A DNA stretch of 64,000 bases from contig CBFGKH010000001.1 of the NCBI GenBank assembly GCA_965649295.1, positions 160,001-224,000 of the forward strand, written 5' to 3'. The first letter of the stretch is position 1. Every line of letters begins with the position of its first letter. Made by a program: the position numbers and the translations under genes. Below, piece after piece: positions 28,665 through 38,568 of the stretch. This stretch comes from a candidate division WOR-3 bacterium (GTDB taxonomy: Bacteria; Hydrothermota; Tepidihabitantia; Tepidihabitantales; Tepidihabitantaceae). The notes under the pieces are model-generated. The model was given only the letters and a program-made list of their open reading frames with translations, ran no database searches and was not told the origin of the DNA.

Positions 28665-29395
28665 TACTGCGGCCGGGCCACCAGCACCAACTGGTAACTC
28701 ACCGCCAGCGGCACCAACCGGCCCAGAAAACGAAAGACAGACTGCAGTGCACGGCCAGGAACGTAAAAATTGTTATCCTTGTGCACCGACAACACCGCTA
28801 AACCGCCGGCCCAAAGCAGCTCACGCCACTCCTGCTCAGACGCATGTCGCTCAACTGGCTGTGAGAGTCGCGGAAACAGCAACTGGCGCAGCCGGATTAC
28901 CGGCATCATCAGATAGCGGCTGTTCGGTACCACAATCAGCACCCTGGCTGTTGGCCGCGCTACCCGTCGCATCTCGCGCACAACCTGCAGTGGGTCAATG
29001 ACATGCTCCAGACTACCAATGCAGCAGACGGCATCAAAGCTGCTGTCGGCAAACGGCAGCGACTCAGCCACACCAGCGTGCAGCTCCGCAGTAGGAACAG
29101 TCCTCCTGACCAAGTCCACTGCGACCGCTGAAATGTCAATCCCGGCAACGCTAAAGCCGTGGCTGGCTGCTACTGCCAGAAGCTGCCCGGTTCCGCAGCC
29201 CACATCAAGCAGCCGCCCACGCTCTGGCCCCAGCAGCGACACCAGCCACTCGTAGTAGCCAGCAACCGCGTTCATCGCTCCGCGGCTATGAATCTGGTCA
29301 TAGGCTATCTGCAACTCACTGGCGCCTAGGCTTGACCGCTGCCGCAGATCGCCGCCAAACTCAGGTGACGGCGGCAAACTCTCACCTCTGGCCAT
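28664..29395 (-). CDS. class I SAM-dependent methyltransferase
   Basis: LLDVGCGTG, AESLPFADSSFD, SLEHV; ATG at 29395 lies 7 nt after a -10 hexamer. Confidence 0.85.
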   Translation of the reverse strand: MARGESLPPSPEFGGDLRQRSSLGASELQIAYDQIHSRGAMNAVAGYYEWLVSLLGPERGRLLDVGCGTGQLLAVAASHGFSVAGIDISAVAVDLVRRTVPTAELHAGVAESLPFADSSFDAVCCIGSLEHVIDPLQVVREMRRVARPTARVLIVVPNSRYLMMPVIRLRQLLFPRLSQPVERHASEQEWRELLWAGGLAVLSVHKDNNFYVPGRALQSVFRFLGRLVPLAVSYQLVLVARPQ

Positions 29396-29402
29396 CGTTC
29401 TC

Positions 29403-29479
29403 AAGCTAGCCGAACACCGTCCAAAGTCAAACCAGGCATTGACCGAGGGCGTTGACCGACCGATAGGTGGTTCTATACT
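29403..29479. promoter_or_regulatory. divergent sigma70-type promoters for the methyltransferase and uvrA
   Basis: Minus strand: TTGACT (29430-29425), 16 bp, TAGCTT (29408-29403). Plus strand: TTGACC (29452-29457), 16 bp, TATACT (29474-29479). Confidence 0.6.
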
Positions 29480-29489
29480 CTAATCCCCA

Positions 29490-32321
29490 ATGCCAGAAGA
29501 CGTAATCTCCATCCGCGGTGCGCGCGAGCACAACCTCAAGAACATCAATGTTGACATCCCGCGCAACAAGCTTGTAGTCATCACCGGGCTCTCCGGCTCG
29601 GGCAAGTCTTCGCTGGCCTTTGACACCATCTACGCCGAAGGCCAGCGCCGTTATATCGAGTCGCTCTCTGCCTACGCCCGGCAATTCTTGGGCATGCTTG
29701 AAAAGCCGGACTGCGACGGAATCACCGGTCTCTCCCCCGCCATTGCCATTGAACAGCGGACGAGTGCCCGCAATCCCCGTTCGACTGTCGGCACCGTCAC
29801 CGAAATCCATGACTACCTGCGACTGCTCTTTGCCCGTATCGGCCAGCCGTTTTGTCCGCATTGCGACAAGCCAATCGCCTCGCAGACCTCGGACCAGATT
29901 GTTGACGCCCTCCTCGAACTGACGCCTGGTACCAATCTTGCCATCCTCGCCCCTCTTGTCCGTGGTCGCAAAGGCGAATACCGTGACCTGCTCGCCCGCG
30001 CTAAGAAACGTGGTTATCTTCGTGTCCGTGTTGACGGCGAGCTACTTGAGATTGATGAGGTCCCGGAACTGGAGCGTTACAAGAAACATGACATTGAGCT
30101 GGTCATTGATCGCCTGACCATTCGGCCTGAGAATCGCAAGCGTCTCGCCGACTCGGTCGAACTGGCCCTGAAAGAGGGCAACGGCATCTGTACCGTCGCC
30201 GTCGCTGGCCAGCCGGACCGGCTCTTCTCCTCTGCCCTCGCCTGTCCGGACTGTGGCTACTCGCTCGCCGAAATCTCACCGCGGCTCTTCTCCTTCAACG
30301 CACCCCAAGGTGCCTGTCCGACCTGCCACGGCCTTGGCCGTCGCCTGGAGATTGACCCCGACCGCATCATCGCCGACCCTGACCGCTCAATCCTTGATGG
30401 CGCCCTCGCTCCCTGGGGAGAGGCCCGCGAACGTGGCGAGTGGTTTCTCGGCCCCCTCCGGGCTCTGGCCCGGCGGCATAAGTTTCGGCTCGACACCCCT
30501 TGGCGCAAGCAACCCGCCGCGGTCAAACGACTCATTCTCTACGGCTCCGACGAAGAACTCCGCGTTCGCTACGAGTGGGACGACAACACGATTCACTTTG
30601 ACCGCCGGTTCGAGGGTCTTGTTCCCAACCTGCTCCGGCTCCACCGCGAGACCGATTCTGAATCCCGGCGCGAGTGGATTGAGCAGTTCATGTCCTGGCT
30701 GCCCTGCCCGGACTGCCGTGGCACTCGACTCAAACCCGAGGCCCTTGCCGTTCGTATCAACGGTCGCAACATCGCCGACATCAGCGCGCTCTCCATCAAG
30801 GCAGCCAGCGAGTTCTTCACCACCGGCATCAAGCTGACCGAACGTGAAACCGCTATTGCCCGCGAGATTATCAAAGAACTGCGCCAGCGGCTCGGCTTTC
30901 TGGCCGCGGTCGGCATTGACTATCTGACCCTCGACCGGACTGCCGACACCCTTGGCGGCGGCGAAGCCCAACGGGTTCGGCTTGCTACCCAAATTGGATC
31001 TGGCCTGGTCGGGGTTGTCTATATCCTTGACGAACCGTCAATCGGCCTGCACCAACGCGATAACCGCAAACTCCTCGCCACGCTCACTCGGTTGCGCGAC
31101 CTCGGCAACACCGTGATTGTGGTTGAACACGACGAAGAGACAATCCTCGCTGCTGACCACGTCATTGACCTGGGACCAGGAGCTGGTGCCAGTGGCGGCC
31201 AGATTGTTGCTCAGGGCACTCCCGATGAGATCAAGCGGAACGAGAACTCGCTGACCGGCGACTACCTGGCTGGCCGGCGACAGATTACGGTACCGGCGAC
31301 CCGCCGTGCACCAACAGCCGGCGAGCTACGGCTCTACAACTGCCGCGAGAACAACCTCAAGGGAATTGATGTCACCATTCCGCTCGGCCGTCTCGTCGCC
31401 GTCACTGGTGTCTCTGGTTCTGGCAAGAGCACACTCGTCACTGACATCCTCTACAACGCCCTTGCCCGCCACTTTTTCGCGGCCCGAACCAAGCCTGGTG
31501 CCCACGATCGCATTGAGGGAATTCAGAACATTGACAAGGTCATCAACATTGACCAGTCGCCAATCGGCCGCACTCCCCGCAGCAATCCGGCCACCTACAC
31601 CGGAGCTTTCGGCCCCATCCGCGAACTTTTTGCGATGACCAAGGATGCCCGGTTACGTGGTTACAAACCGGGCCGGTTTTCGTTCAATGTGCGAGGCGGC
31701 CGCTGCGAGGCCTGTGCCGGCGATGGCATCATCAAGGTGGAAATGCACTTCTTGCCTGATGTCTATGTCACCTGCGAAGTCTGCAAGGGTCACCGCTACA
31801 ACCGCGAGACCCTCGACGTCCGCTACAAGCAGAAGAACATCAGCGAGGTGCTCCAGTCAAGCGTCGAGGAGGCAGCCGACTTCTTTGCCAACATCCGGCC
31901 GATTGCCCGCAAGCTCCAGCTCCTCAAGGATGTCGGTCTCGGCTACATCAAGCTCGGCCAGCCCGCACCCACCCTGTCCGGCGGCGAGGCCCAACGCATC
32001 AAGCTTGCCCGGGAACTTGCCAAGATCGCCACCGGCCGCACCCTCTATCTGCTCGATGAGCCAACCACCGGTCTGCACTTTGAGGACGTCCGGTTGCTCC
32101 TCGGTGTGCTAAACCGGCTTGTTGACCGCGGCAATACTGTTCTGGTGATTGAACACAACCTCGAAGTCATCAAGTGCGCCGATTGGATTATTGATCTCGG
32201 CCCAGAAGGCGGCGACGCTGGTGGGACGATCGTCGCCACTGGCACCCCCGAACAGGTTGCCGCCAACCCGGTCTCCCACACCGGCCGCTATCTCCGGCCG
32301 CTCTTACCGACGTTAGCCTGA
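29490..32321 (+). CDS. uvrA: excinuclease ABC subunit A
   Basis: [23 protein letters not shown], two ABC modules, zinc fingers, LDEPTTGLH. Confidence 0.98.
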   Translation: MPEDVISIRGAREHNLKNINVDIPRNKLVVITGLSGSGKSSLAFDTIYAEGQRRYIESLSAYARQFLGMLEKPDCDGITGLSPAIAIEQRTSARNPRSTVGTVTEIHDYLRLLFARIGQPFCPHCDKPIASQTSDQIVDALLELTPGTNLAILAPLVRGRKGEYRDLLARAKKRGYLRVRVDGELLEIDEVPELERYKKHDIELVIDRLTIRPENRKRLADSVELALKEGNGICTVAVAGQPDRLFSSALACPDCGYSLAEISPRLFSFNAPQGACPTCHGLGRRLEIDPDRIIADPDRSILDGALAPWGEARERGEWFLGPLRALARRHKFRLDTPWRKQPAAVKRLILYGSDEELRVRYEWDDNTIHFDRRFEGLVPNLLRLHRETDSESRREWIEQFMSWLPCPDCRGTRLKPEALAVRINGRNIADISALSIKAASEFFTTGIKLTERETAIAREIIKELRQRLGFLAAVGIDYLTLDRTADTLGGGEAQRVRLATQIGSGLVGVVYILDEPSIGLHQRDNRKLLATLTRLRDLGNTVIVVEHDEETILAADHVIDLGPGAGASGGQIVAQGTPDEIKRNENSLTGDYLAGRRQITVPATRRAPTAGELRLYNCRENNLKGIDVTIPLGRLVAVTGVSGSGKSTLVTDILYNALARHFFAARTKPGAHDRIEGIQNIDKVINIDQSPIGRTPRSNPATYTGAFGPIRELFAMTKDARLRGYKPGRFSFNVRGGRCEACAGDGIIKVEMHFLPDVYVTCEVCKGHRYNRETLDVRYKQKNISEVLQSSVEEAADFFANIRPIARKLQLLKDVGLGYIKLGQPAPTLSGGEAQRIKLARELAKIATGRTLYLLDEPTTGLHFEDVRLLLGVLNRLVDRGNTVLVIEHNLEVIKCADWIIDLGPEGGDAGGTIVATGTPEQVAANPVSHTGRYLRPLLPTLA

Positions 32322-32346
32322 CAGAACCGCAACCTGCTGCCCGGCG

Positions 32347-34788
32347 CTAGGCCGCTCGGCACTCTTGCTGCCGACTGCTGCCTGTCGCTCGCGCTCGCCC
32401 GGACTTCTCAGCAGCAGGCCTCTTCTCTGCTGGCGGGCAGTGATCGGGAAACACCACCCGGCAGACATCAGCCGCAGTTCGAGCAAAGTGGAATCGCAGG
32501 CTGCGGCGCACTGCTGGCGGCACATCCCTGAGGTCACGACGGTTCTCAGCCGGAAGTATGACATCGGTGATGCCGGCCCGGGCCGCTGCCAGCACCTTCT
32601 CCTTGATTCCACCCACCGGCAACACTCGCCCGGTCAAGGTCAGCTCGCCGGTCATGGCAATGTGCGGGTCAATCGGCCGCTGCCGAAACAAAGACAGCAG
32701 CGACGATAGCATCGCTACCCCTGCTGACGGCCCGTCCTTGGGGATTGCTCCGGCTGGCACATGAATGTGGACATCGGTCTCCTCCAACGCCGCATCATCA
32801 ACTGCCAGTGCTGCTGCATGGGAACGGATATAGGACATCGCCGCCTCAGCCGACTCCTTCATCACTTCGCCGAGTGAACCGGTCAGCAGCAACCGCCGCT
32901 TCCCTTTCATCTTCGTTGACTCAACAAAGATAATCTCGCCGCCAAACGGTGTCACCGACAGACCGGTAGCAACGCCGACTGCGCCAGTGCGAGCTGCCAC
33001 TTCCGAAGTGTGGCGTCGCGGCCCCAGCAGCCGATGCACTTCCGCCACACCAACGCGCACCGGCTTGTTGCGGCCCTCAGCAAATCGCTTGGCCAGCTTG
33101 CGGGCAATCGCTCCAATCTCGCGCTCCAGGTTCCTGACACCGGCCTCACGGGTATAGCCGCTGACAATCTCTCTCAACGCCTCATCGGTAAACTGCACCT
33201 TACTGCTCCGTAGCCCGCATTCCTCCAGTTGCCGAGGCACCAGATACTGACGCCCAATCTGTAGCTTCTCCTCGTCGGTATAACCGGGCAGCTCAAGAAT
33301 CTCCATCCGGTCCCGCAGCGCCGGGATAATCGTATCAATAACATTGGCAGTGGTGATAAACATCACTCGCGACAGGTCAACCGGCACTTCCAGATAGTGA
33401 TCCGAGAAACTAGCATTCTGCTCAGGGTCAAGCACTTCGAGCAGCGCCGAGGACGGGTCGCCGCGAAAATCGGTACCGACCTTGTCAATCTCATCAAGCA
33501 TCAGCACTGGATTCATCGAACCGGCATTGCGCAAGGCCTGCACAATCCGCCCTGGCAGAGCCCCAACATAGGTCCGACGGTGACCCCTAATTTCCGCCTC
33601 GTCGCGGATGCCTCCGAGCGAGAACCGGAAAAACTTCCGGCCCAGGGCCCGGGCAATCGAACGTCCAAGCGAGGTCTTACCCACTCCTGGCGGCCCGACA
33701 AAACAGAGTATCGGCCCCTTCGAATCCTGCTTGAGCTTGCGCACTGCCAGGTATTCAACAATCCGCTCCTTCACCTTGGCCAGATTGTAATGGTCCTCGT
33801 CCAGCACCCGTCGAGCGCGCCGGATGTCGAGATTGTCTTCAGTCTGAACTTTCCAGGGCACAGCCAGTAGCCAGTCAAGATAGTTGCGGGCAACCGCATA
33901 CTCGGCCGACGACGGCTGCATGCGACCAAGCCGTTCCAGCTCACGGTCAGCAGCCTGCCGGGCCGCCTCGGGCATGCCGGCCTCCTCGATCCGTTTCCGG
34001 AGCTCAGCCAATTCGGCCTGGGTCGCGTCACCCTCGCCCAGTTCCTTTTGGATGGCCTTCAGTTGCTCGCGCAGGAAATACTCGCGCTGCGTCTTGTCAA
34101 TCTCACCCTTGACCTGGTCACGAATCTTGGCACCAAGTTCGAGGATGTGCAGCTCCTTGGAAAGCAGCGGCACAATCGCCTGTAGCCGTTCCCGGGCATC
34201 GGTCAGCTCCAACAGTCGCTGCTTGTCGGCCAGCTCAAAGTTGGCATAGGTGGCCACGAAATCGGCCAGCCGACCTGGCTGCTCGATGCTCAACGCTGCT
34301 GACTGCATGTCATCCGGCATGTTCGGCGCAGTCTCCACCAGCTTGGCGAACATCTCTGCCACGCTACGCTGCAAGGCCTTGGTGGCAACATCGCTCGTAC
34401 CGGTCTCCTCCAGCACCTTCACCTTGGCCCGCAGATAGGGTTCGACTGCCGTGTACTCTATTGCTCGGCCGCGCTTCAATCCCTGCAGCAGCAGCCGCAT
34501 CGAGCCATCCGGCAGCCGTAACATCTTCAGAATTGCCGATATCGTGCCGACTTCATACAGGTCACCCGGCCCAGCTTCCTCTTCTTGCGAGGAATCGCGC
34601 TGGGTGATTGCACAGACAAGCTTGTTGCCGGTCAGGGCGTCATCCACGAGCTTGGCCGACCGCTCGGTCGAAATCACCAACGGCGCAACCAGCCCGGGAA
34701 AGACCACCCCGCCCTTGACCACCAACACCGGCAGCTCTTCCGGTATCACGGTCGGCTTGGCTTGCTGATTCTTCTCTTCCTCACTCAT
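32347..34788 (-). CDS. lon: ATP-dependent protease La
   Basis: GPPGVGKTS, IRGHRRTYVGALPG, PKDGPSAG (catalytic Ser), GGIKEK (catalytic Lys). Confidence 0.97.
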   Translation of the reverse strand: MSEEEKNQQAKPTVIPEELPVLVVKGGVVFPGLVAPLVISTERSAKLVDDALTGNKLVCAITQRDSSQEEEAGPGDLYEVGTISAILKMLRLPDGSMRLLLQGLKRGRAIEYTAVEPYLRAKVKVLEETGTSDVATKALQRSVAEMFAKLVETAPNMPDDMQSAALSIEQPGRLADFVATYANFELADKQRLLELTDARERLQAIVPLLSKELHILELGAKIRDQVKGEIDKTQREYFLREQLKAIQKELGEGDATQAELAELRKRIEEAGMPEAARQAADRELERLGRMQPSSAEYAVARNYLDWLLAVPWKVQTEDNLDIRRARRVLDEDHYNLAKVKERIVEYLAVRKLKQDSKGPILCFVGPPGVGKTSLGRSIARALGRKFFRFSLGGIRDEAEIRGHRRTYVGALPGRIVQALRNAGSMNPVLMLDEIDKVGTDFRGDPSSALLEVLDPEQNASFSDHYLEVPVDLSRVMFITTANVIDTIIPALRDRMEILELPGYTDEEKLQIGRQYLVPRQLEECGLRSSKVQFTDEALREIVSGYTREAGVRNLEREIGAIARKLAKRFAEGRNKPVRVGVAEVHRLLGPRRHTSEVAARTGAVGVATGLSVTPFGGEIIFVESTKMKGKRRLLLTGSLGEVMKESAEAAMSYIRSHAAALAVDDAALEETDVHIHVPAGAIPKDGPSAGVAMLSSLLSLFRQRPIDPHIAMTGELTLTGRVLPVGGIKEKVLAAARAGITDVILPAENRRDLRDVPPAVRRSLRFHFARTAADVCRVVFPDHCPPAEKRPAAEKSGRARATGSSRQQECRAA

Positions 34789-34789
34789 G

Positions 34790-35209
34790 CTACTCAACCT
34801 TGATTACACGAGCACGGGCAGCTGACCGCGCCAGTTCAATCGTCAACACTCCATCACGCAGGCTTGTCTCATTACTCTCTGGCACAACCGTGGTCGGCAG
34901 GGTAATCCGCTTCTCAAACGGCCCATAGGTAATCTCCGACTCGTAAAAACTGACGCCCTGCCGCACCGCTGCCGGCACCGGCTTGCTGCCGCGAACAACA
35001 ACCATCCGCGGCCCAATCCTCAGCTCAATGTTGTTCGCAGGCACTCCCGGCAGTTCAAGCGTGATGTGGACGCTGTCGTCCGAGACAAATAGATCAATCG
35101 GCGGGTCCCACAATGGCGGCAGTTCATCTTCGCTAAAGAACTGCTCAAACATGGCATCAATCTCCCGTGCCATGCAGATTATTGCCCGTAGCCGATTGCC
35201 TGTTTGCAC
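34790..35209 (-). CDS. Hsp20/alpha-crystallin small heat-shock protein
   Basis: PPIDL, ELPGV, EITYGPFEKRITLP, LRDGVLTIEL; immediately upstream of lon. Confidence 0.88.
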   Translation of the reverse strand: MQTGNRLRAIICMAREIDAMFEQFFSEDELPPLWDPPIDLFVSDDSVHITLELPGVPANNIELRIGPRMVVVRGSKPVPAAVRQGVSFYESEITYGPFEKRITLPTTVVPESNETSLRDGVLTIELARSAARARVIKVE

Positions 35210-35226
35210 CTTGTTATTAGACTTTG

Positions 35227-36111
35227 CTAGCCGCGCTGCTGATTCCCCGCGTCGGCCAGCGGCATTACCAGCCGTTCGATTCGCAGTGCCCGGCCGGTTG
35301 CGGCCTCAATATCAATCACCACCCCGCAGAGCCGCAGGTCGGCCTGCCCCGGTGCCAGCCGCAGCGGCACCATATCAATCATCCGCCGAATCGAAAGCTC
35401 CTTGTTCATTCCCAGCACAGAATCAAACGAGCCGCACATCCCAACGTCAGTCAGGTAAGCAGTCCCGCCTGGCAGAATCCTTTCATCCGCCGTCTGCACG
35501 TGAGTGTGCGTACCAACCACCGCCGAGACCTTGCCGTCGAGAAACCAGCCCATTGCCTGCTTCTCGGCGGTGGCCTCGGCATGGACGTCAACGATAATAA
35601 TCGGTGTCTCCCGCACGAGGTCATTCACCACCGGCATCGCCCGGCGGAAAGGACAGTCAATTGGCCGCATGAACACCCGCCCCGCCAGACTTACAACGGC
35701 AACCCGCACCCCGCCGTCACTCGCTACCGTACCGACCGGCTCTGGCCCCAGCCCCTCAGCTCGATTCGCAAGCGTCGGTCGCAGCTCGTAAATCGCAAAC
35801 CCACGCCCCGGCACATCCGGCGGATAATTGAGCGGCCGCAGAATCCGCCGCTCACTGGCAAGGTAGTCCCATGCCTCTTTCCGATCAAACGCATGGTCCC
35901 CGGTAGTGAGACAATCGGCTCCGGCTGCCAGCAGCTCCTCGGCCAACTTCGGCGTTATGCCATAGCCGCCGGCCGCGTTCTCAGCATTGACAATCACAAA
36001 ACTCGCGCCGAGGGTCTGGCGCAGTCTGGGCAGACCAGCAACAACCGCTCGCCGGCCCGGCTCAGCACAAACATCCCCAAGCACCAGCACCCGTACTGTC
36101 GCGCTGCTCAT
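35227..36111 (-). CDS. ymdB: YmdB/TIGR00282 metallophosphoesterase
   Basis: GDV, NAENAAGG.G, DVHAEATAEK, GTHTHVQTAD, TDVGMCG; downstream of rny. Confidence 0.92.
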   Translation of the reverse strand: MSSATVRVLVLGDVCAEPGRRAVVAGLPRLRQTLGASFVIVNAENAAGGYGITPKLAEELLAAGADCLTTGDHAFDRKEAWDYLASERRILRPLNYPPDVPGRGFAIYELRPTLANRAEGLGPEPVGTVASDGGVRVAVVSLAGRVFMRPIDCPFRRAMPVVNDLVRETPIIIVDVHAEATAEKQAMGWFLDGKVSAVVGTHTHVQTADERILPGGTAYLTDVGMCGSFDSVLGMNKELSIRRMIDMVPLRLAPGQADLRLCGVVIDIEAATGRALRIERLVMPLADAGNQQRG

Positions 36112-36140
36112 CCCTCACTCCCTGCCTGCATTCCTTTCCC

Positions 36141-37712
36141 CTAGTGGGCGTAGCTCACTGCCCGCGTCTCGCGGATAACCGTCACCTTCACCTGTCCCGG
36201 ATACTTCAGCTCAGCCTGAATCTGCGCCGCAATCTTCGCTGCCAGGTCAGACGTATCCTCGTCGGTCACCCGATCCGGTTCGACCAGCACCCGGATTTCT
36301 CGACCGGCCTGAATCGCATACGCCTTCTCGACACCGGCAAACGACGCCGCAATTGCCTCCAGACTCTCCACCCGCTTGACATAGGTATCGAAGCTCTCAC
36401 GCCTGGCCCCGGGCCGCGAACTCGAGACACTATCAGCCGCCGCCACCAGGAACGCATACGGCGAATCAAGCGTTGCCTCCTCGTGGTGCGCGGCAATCGC
36501 ATTCACCACCACGTCCTGCTCACCACAGCGCTTGGCCAGTTCTGCCCCAATCTGCGCGTGTGTGCCCTCAACCGACTGGTCCGCCGCCTTGCCGATGTCG
36601 TGCAGCAACCCGGCCCGCCGGGCAATCGCTGCATCGAGATCCAGCTCCTGCGCCATCAGCCCGGCAAGGTAGGCGACCTCCTTCGAGTGGTTCAAGACGT
36701 TCTGGCCGTAGCTTGTTCGAAACTGAAGCCGCCCCAGCATCTTCGCCAGCTCCGGATTCAACCCGACAATCCCCAGCTCCAGTACCACCGCCTCACCAGT
36801 AGCCTTGATCGTATTCTCCAGTTCCTCCCGCGTACGGTTGACCAGTTCCTCAATCCGAGCCGGATGAATCCGGCCATCGTTCACCAGCTTCTCCATTGCC
36901 AGCTTCGCCACCTCACGCCGCACCGGATCGAAACCAGAGATGATTATCGCTCCCGGCGTATCATCAATCATCACCTCAACGCCAGTGAGAGTCTCAAACG
37001 TCCGAATGTTGCGACCCTCGCGGCCAATGATTCTGCCCTTCAGCTCGTCTGACGGCAGATTCACTACCGACACCGTCGTATCGGCCGCATGTGACACGGC
37101 ACAGCGCTGAATCGCCTGAATGATAATCTCCCGGGCCTCGGCCTCAGCCCGCTGCCGCGCCTCCTCCTTGATTTCCTTCGCCAGTTGTGCCGCCTCCAGC
37201 CGGGCCTGACTTTCCATATTCCGCAGTAACTCCCGCTTCGCCTCCTCCGACGAAATACCCGACAGCCGTTCCAGCCGGGCGTTCTCCTGCGCAATCAACT
37301 GGTCAAGCCGCTCCATCTTTGCCCGGGCGACCTTCTCCCGCGCCGCCAGGTCGCGGTCCTTGCGGATCAGGTCGGCCTCCTTCTGCGTCAACACACTGTC
37401 ACGGCGGGCCACAAACGCCTCCCGCTCAGCCAGCTTTGCTTCGGTGCGGTCCAGCTCCCGCCGGGCCGCCGCGGTCTGCGTCTCAAACTTCAACCGCTCC
37501 TTCTCCCACTCCGCCTTCAACTCGGCTTCGGCCTTGGCTCGCATCCGGTCAACCTCAGCCTGGGCCTCAGCCAAAAGCCGCTTGCGTTCGGCCTCGCCTG
37601 CTGCCAGCGAACGCTGCATCATCCGTCGGCTTCCCAGAATCCCGATAACCATCCCCAATGCTGCCACCACGACAAAAATCGGCACAGCCACCAAAAGGCT
37701 TACGCCATTCAT
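36141..37712 (-). CDS. rny: ribonuclease Y
   Basis: N-terminal TM, coiled coil, KH (KGRIIGREGRNIR), HD (LLHDIGK), RPGARRE; ATG at 37712 with SD GGAGG. Confidence 0.97.
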   Translation of the reverse strand: MNGVSLLVAVPIFVVVAALGMVIGILGSRRMMQRSLAAGEAERKRLLAEAQAEVDRMRAKAEAELKAEWEKERLKFETQTAAARRELDRTEAKLAEREAFVARRDSVLTQKEADLIRKDRDLAAREKVARAKMERLDQLIAQENARLERLSGISSEEAKRELLRNMESQARLEAAQLAKEIKEEARQRAEAEAREIIIQAIQRCAVSHAADTTVSVVNLPSDELKGRIIGREGRNIRTFETLTGVEVMIDDTPGAIIISGFDPVRREVAKLAMEKLVNDGRIHPARIEELVNRTREELENTIKATGEAVVLELGIVGLNPELAKMLGRLQFRTSYGQNVLNHSKEVAYLAGLMAQELDLDAAIARRAGLLHDIGKAADQSVEGTHAQIGAELAKRCGEQDVVVNAIAAHHEEATLDSPYAFLVAAADSVSSSRPGARRESFDTYVKRVESLEAIAASFAGVEKAYAIQAGREIRVLVEPDRVTDEDTSDLAAKIAAQIQAELKYPGQVKVTVIRETRAVSYAH

Positions 37713-37730
37713 TGCTTCCTCCAAAACAAA

Positions 37731-37898
37731 ACCCCGCCGGGTCGTGCTGGGCCAAGTCTATGAACCCAGTGCTAAATCGGGCGCCTCAGTCGAGCTTTCC
37801 GCTACACCTTGCGATGCGGCAGTCCACTCGCCTATTGCGGCACCCAACTAATGGGTGTTGGCTCAAGACTCAAGCCACAATCACGGACACGGCAGGGA
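37731..37898 (-). ncRNA. ssrS: 6S RNA
   Basis: About 170 nt between zapA and rny. Ends pair (CCCTGCCGTGTCCGTG / CACGACCCGGCGGGG), with inner pairings TTGAGCC/GGTTCA and GGGTGCC/GGCGCCC around a central bubble; typical zapA-ssrS synteny. Confidence 0.85.
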
Positions 37899-37922
37899 GC
37901 CTGTCGTTACCGTCGGACCAGC

Positions 37923-38204
37923 CTAGCTGGTCCCGATGACGGTATCCAATTTGTCAATCAGCGCACCGACGCGACGACAGCACCAGTCGGGATCAACGCC
38001 CCGCTGCTGCCGCAACAGCTCATCCGCAAAGTTCATGGCGGCAAACACCGCCGTCCGTGTTGGCGACGGCTGACGAAACTGGGCATCAATCTCCCGCATC
38101 TTCTCGTCAACCATCCTCGCGACCTCAACAATATGAGCTTCGTCGCCGCTATCGGCTTTAACATTATAGTCACTACCAAAGACTGAAACTACAATCGACT
38201 TCAT
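37923..38204 (-). CDS. zapA: cell division protein ZapA
   Basis: VSVFGSDYNV, VARMVDEKMREI, AVFAAMNFADEL. Confidence 0.88.
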   Translation of the reverse strand: MKSIVVSVFGSDYNVKADSGDEAHIVEVARMVDEKMREIDAQFRQPSPTRTAVFAAMNFADELLRQQRGVDPDWCCRRVGALIDKLDTVIGTS

Positions 38205-38224
38205 AGGCTCCCGTCTGCTTGACT

Positions 38225-38434
38225 CTAACGCAGACGGTCGATGTTGTCAATGAGCTGGTCCAGCCGGGACAGTGCCTCCCGTCGGACCCGCTCCGACTCA
38301 GCCAGCTTCGCGGCCAGCTTGTCCCGCTCGGCCTGCAACTGGACAATCTTCTGCGCTGCCAGGTCAATCCGCCTTTCCAGCTTGCGGAAGAGCCTTTCCA
38401 GTTCCTGCCGCGGATCAGAGACCATCTCGCTCAT
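38225..38434 (-). CDS. short coiled-coil protein (ZapB-like)
   Basis: 69 aa heptad pattern LERRIDLAAQKIVQLQAERDKL...RLDQLIDNIDRL; directly upstream of zapA. Confidence 0.65.
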   Translation of the reverse strand: MSEMVSDPRQELERLFRKLERRIDLAAQKIVQLQAERDKLAAKLAESERVRREALSRLDQLIDNIDRLR

Positions 38435-38440
38435 AGGCCA

Positions 38441-38468
38441 ATCCTAACCCGACCGCACCGCCTGTCAA
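38441..38468 (-). promoter_or_regulatory. sigma70-type promoter of the zapB-like-zapA-ssrS-rny operon (leaderless)
   Basis: TTGACA (38468-38463), 16 bp, TAGGAT (38446-38441), ATG 6 nt later. Confidence 0.65.
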
Positions 38469-38505
38469 TGCAGACTGTCCCGCTGCGCTGGCCACCAAGA
38501 AACTC

Positions 38506-38564
38506 GATCACCATTTGATCCCAAGTTGATCATTGACAAGGGGTTAGAAGTCTGTAGATCGATC
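38506..38564 (+). promoter_or_regulatory. methyltransferase promoter region carrying five GATC sites
   Basis: GATC at 38506, 38517, 38528, 38557 and 38561; TTGACA at 38533-38538 and a -10-like TAGATC 16 bp later. Confidence 0.6.
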
Positions 38565-38568
38565 ACGA

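Noticed and set aside
29403..29489. LexA/SOS box upstream of uvrA
   Set aside because: No recognisable CTGT-N8-ACAG or GAAC-N4-GTTC palindrome; the repeated TTGACCGA is adequately explained by -35 elements.
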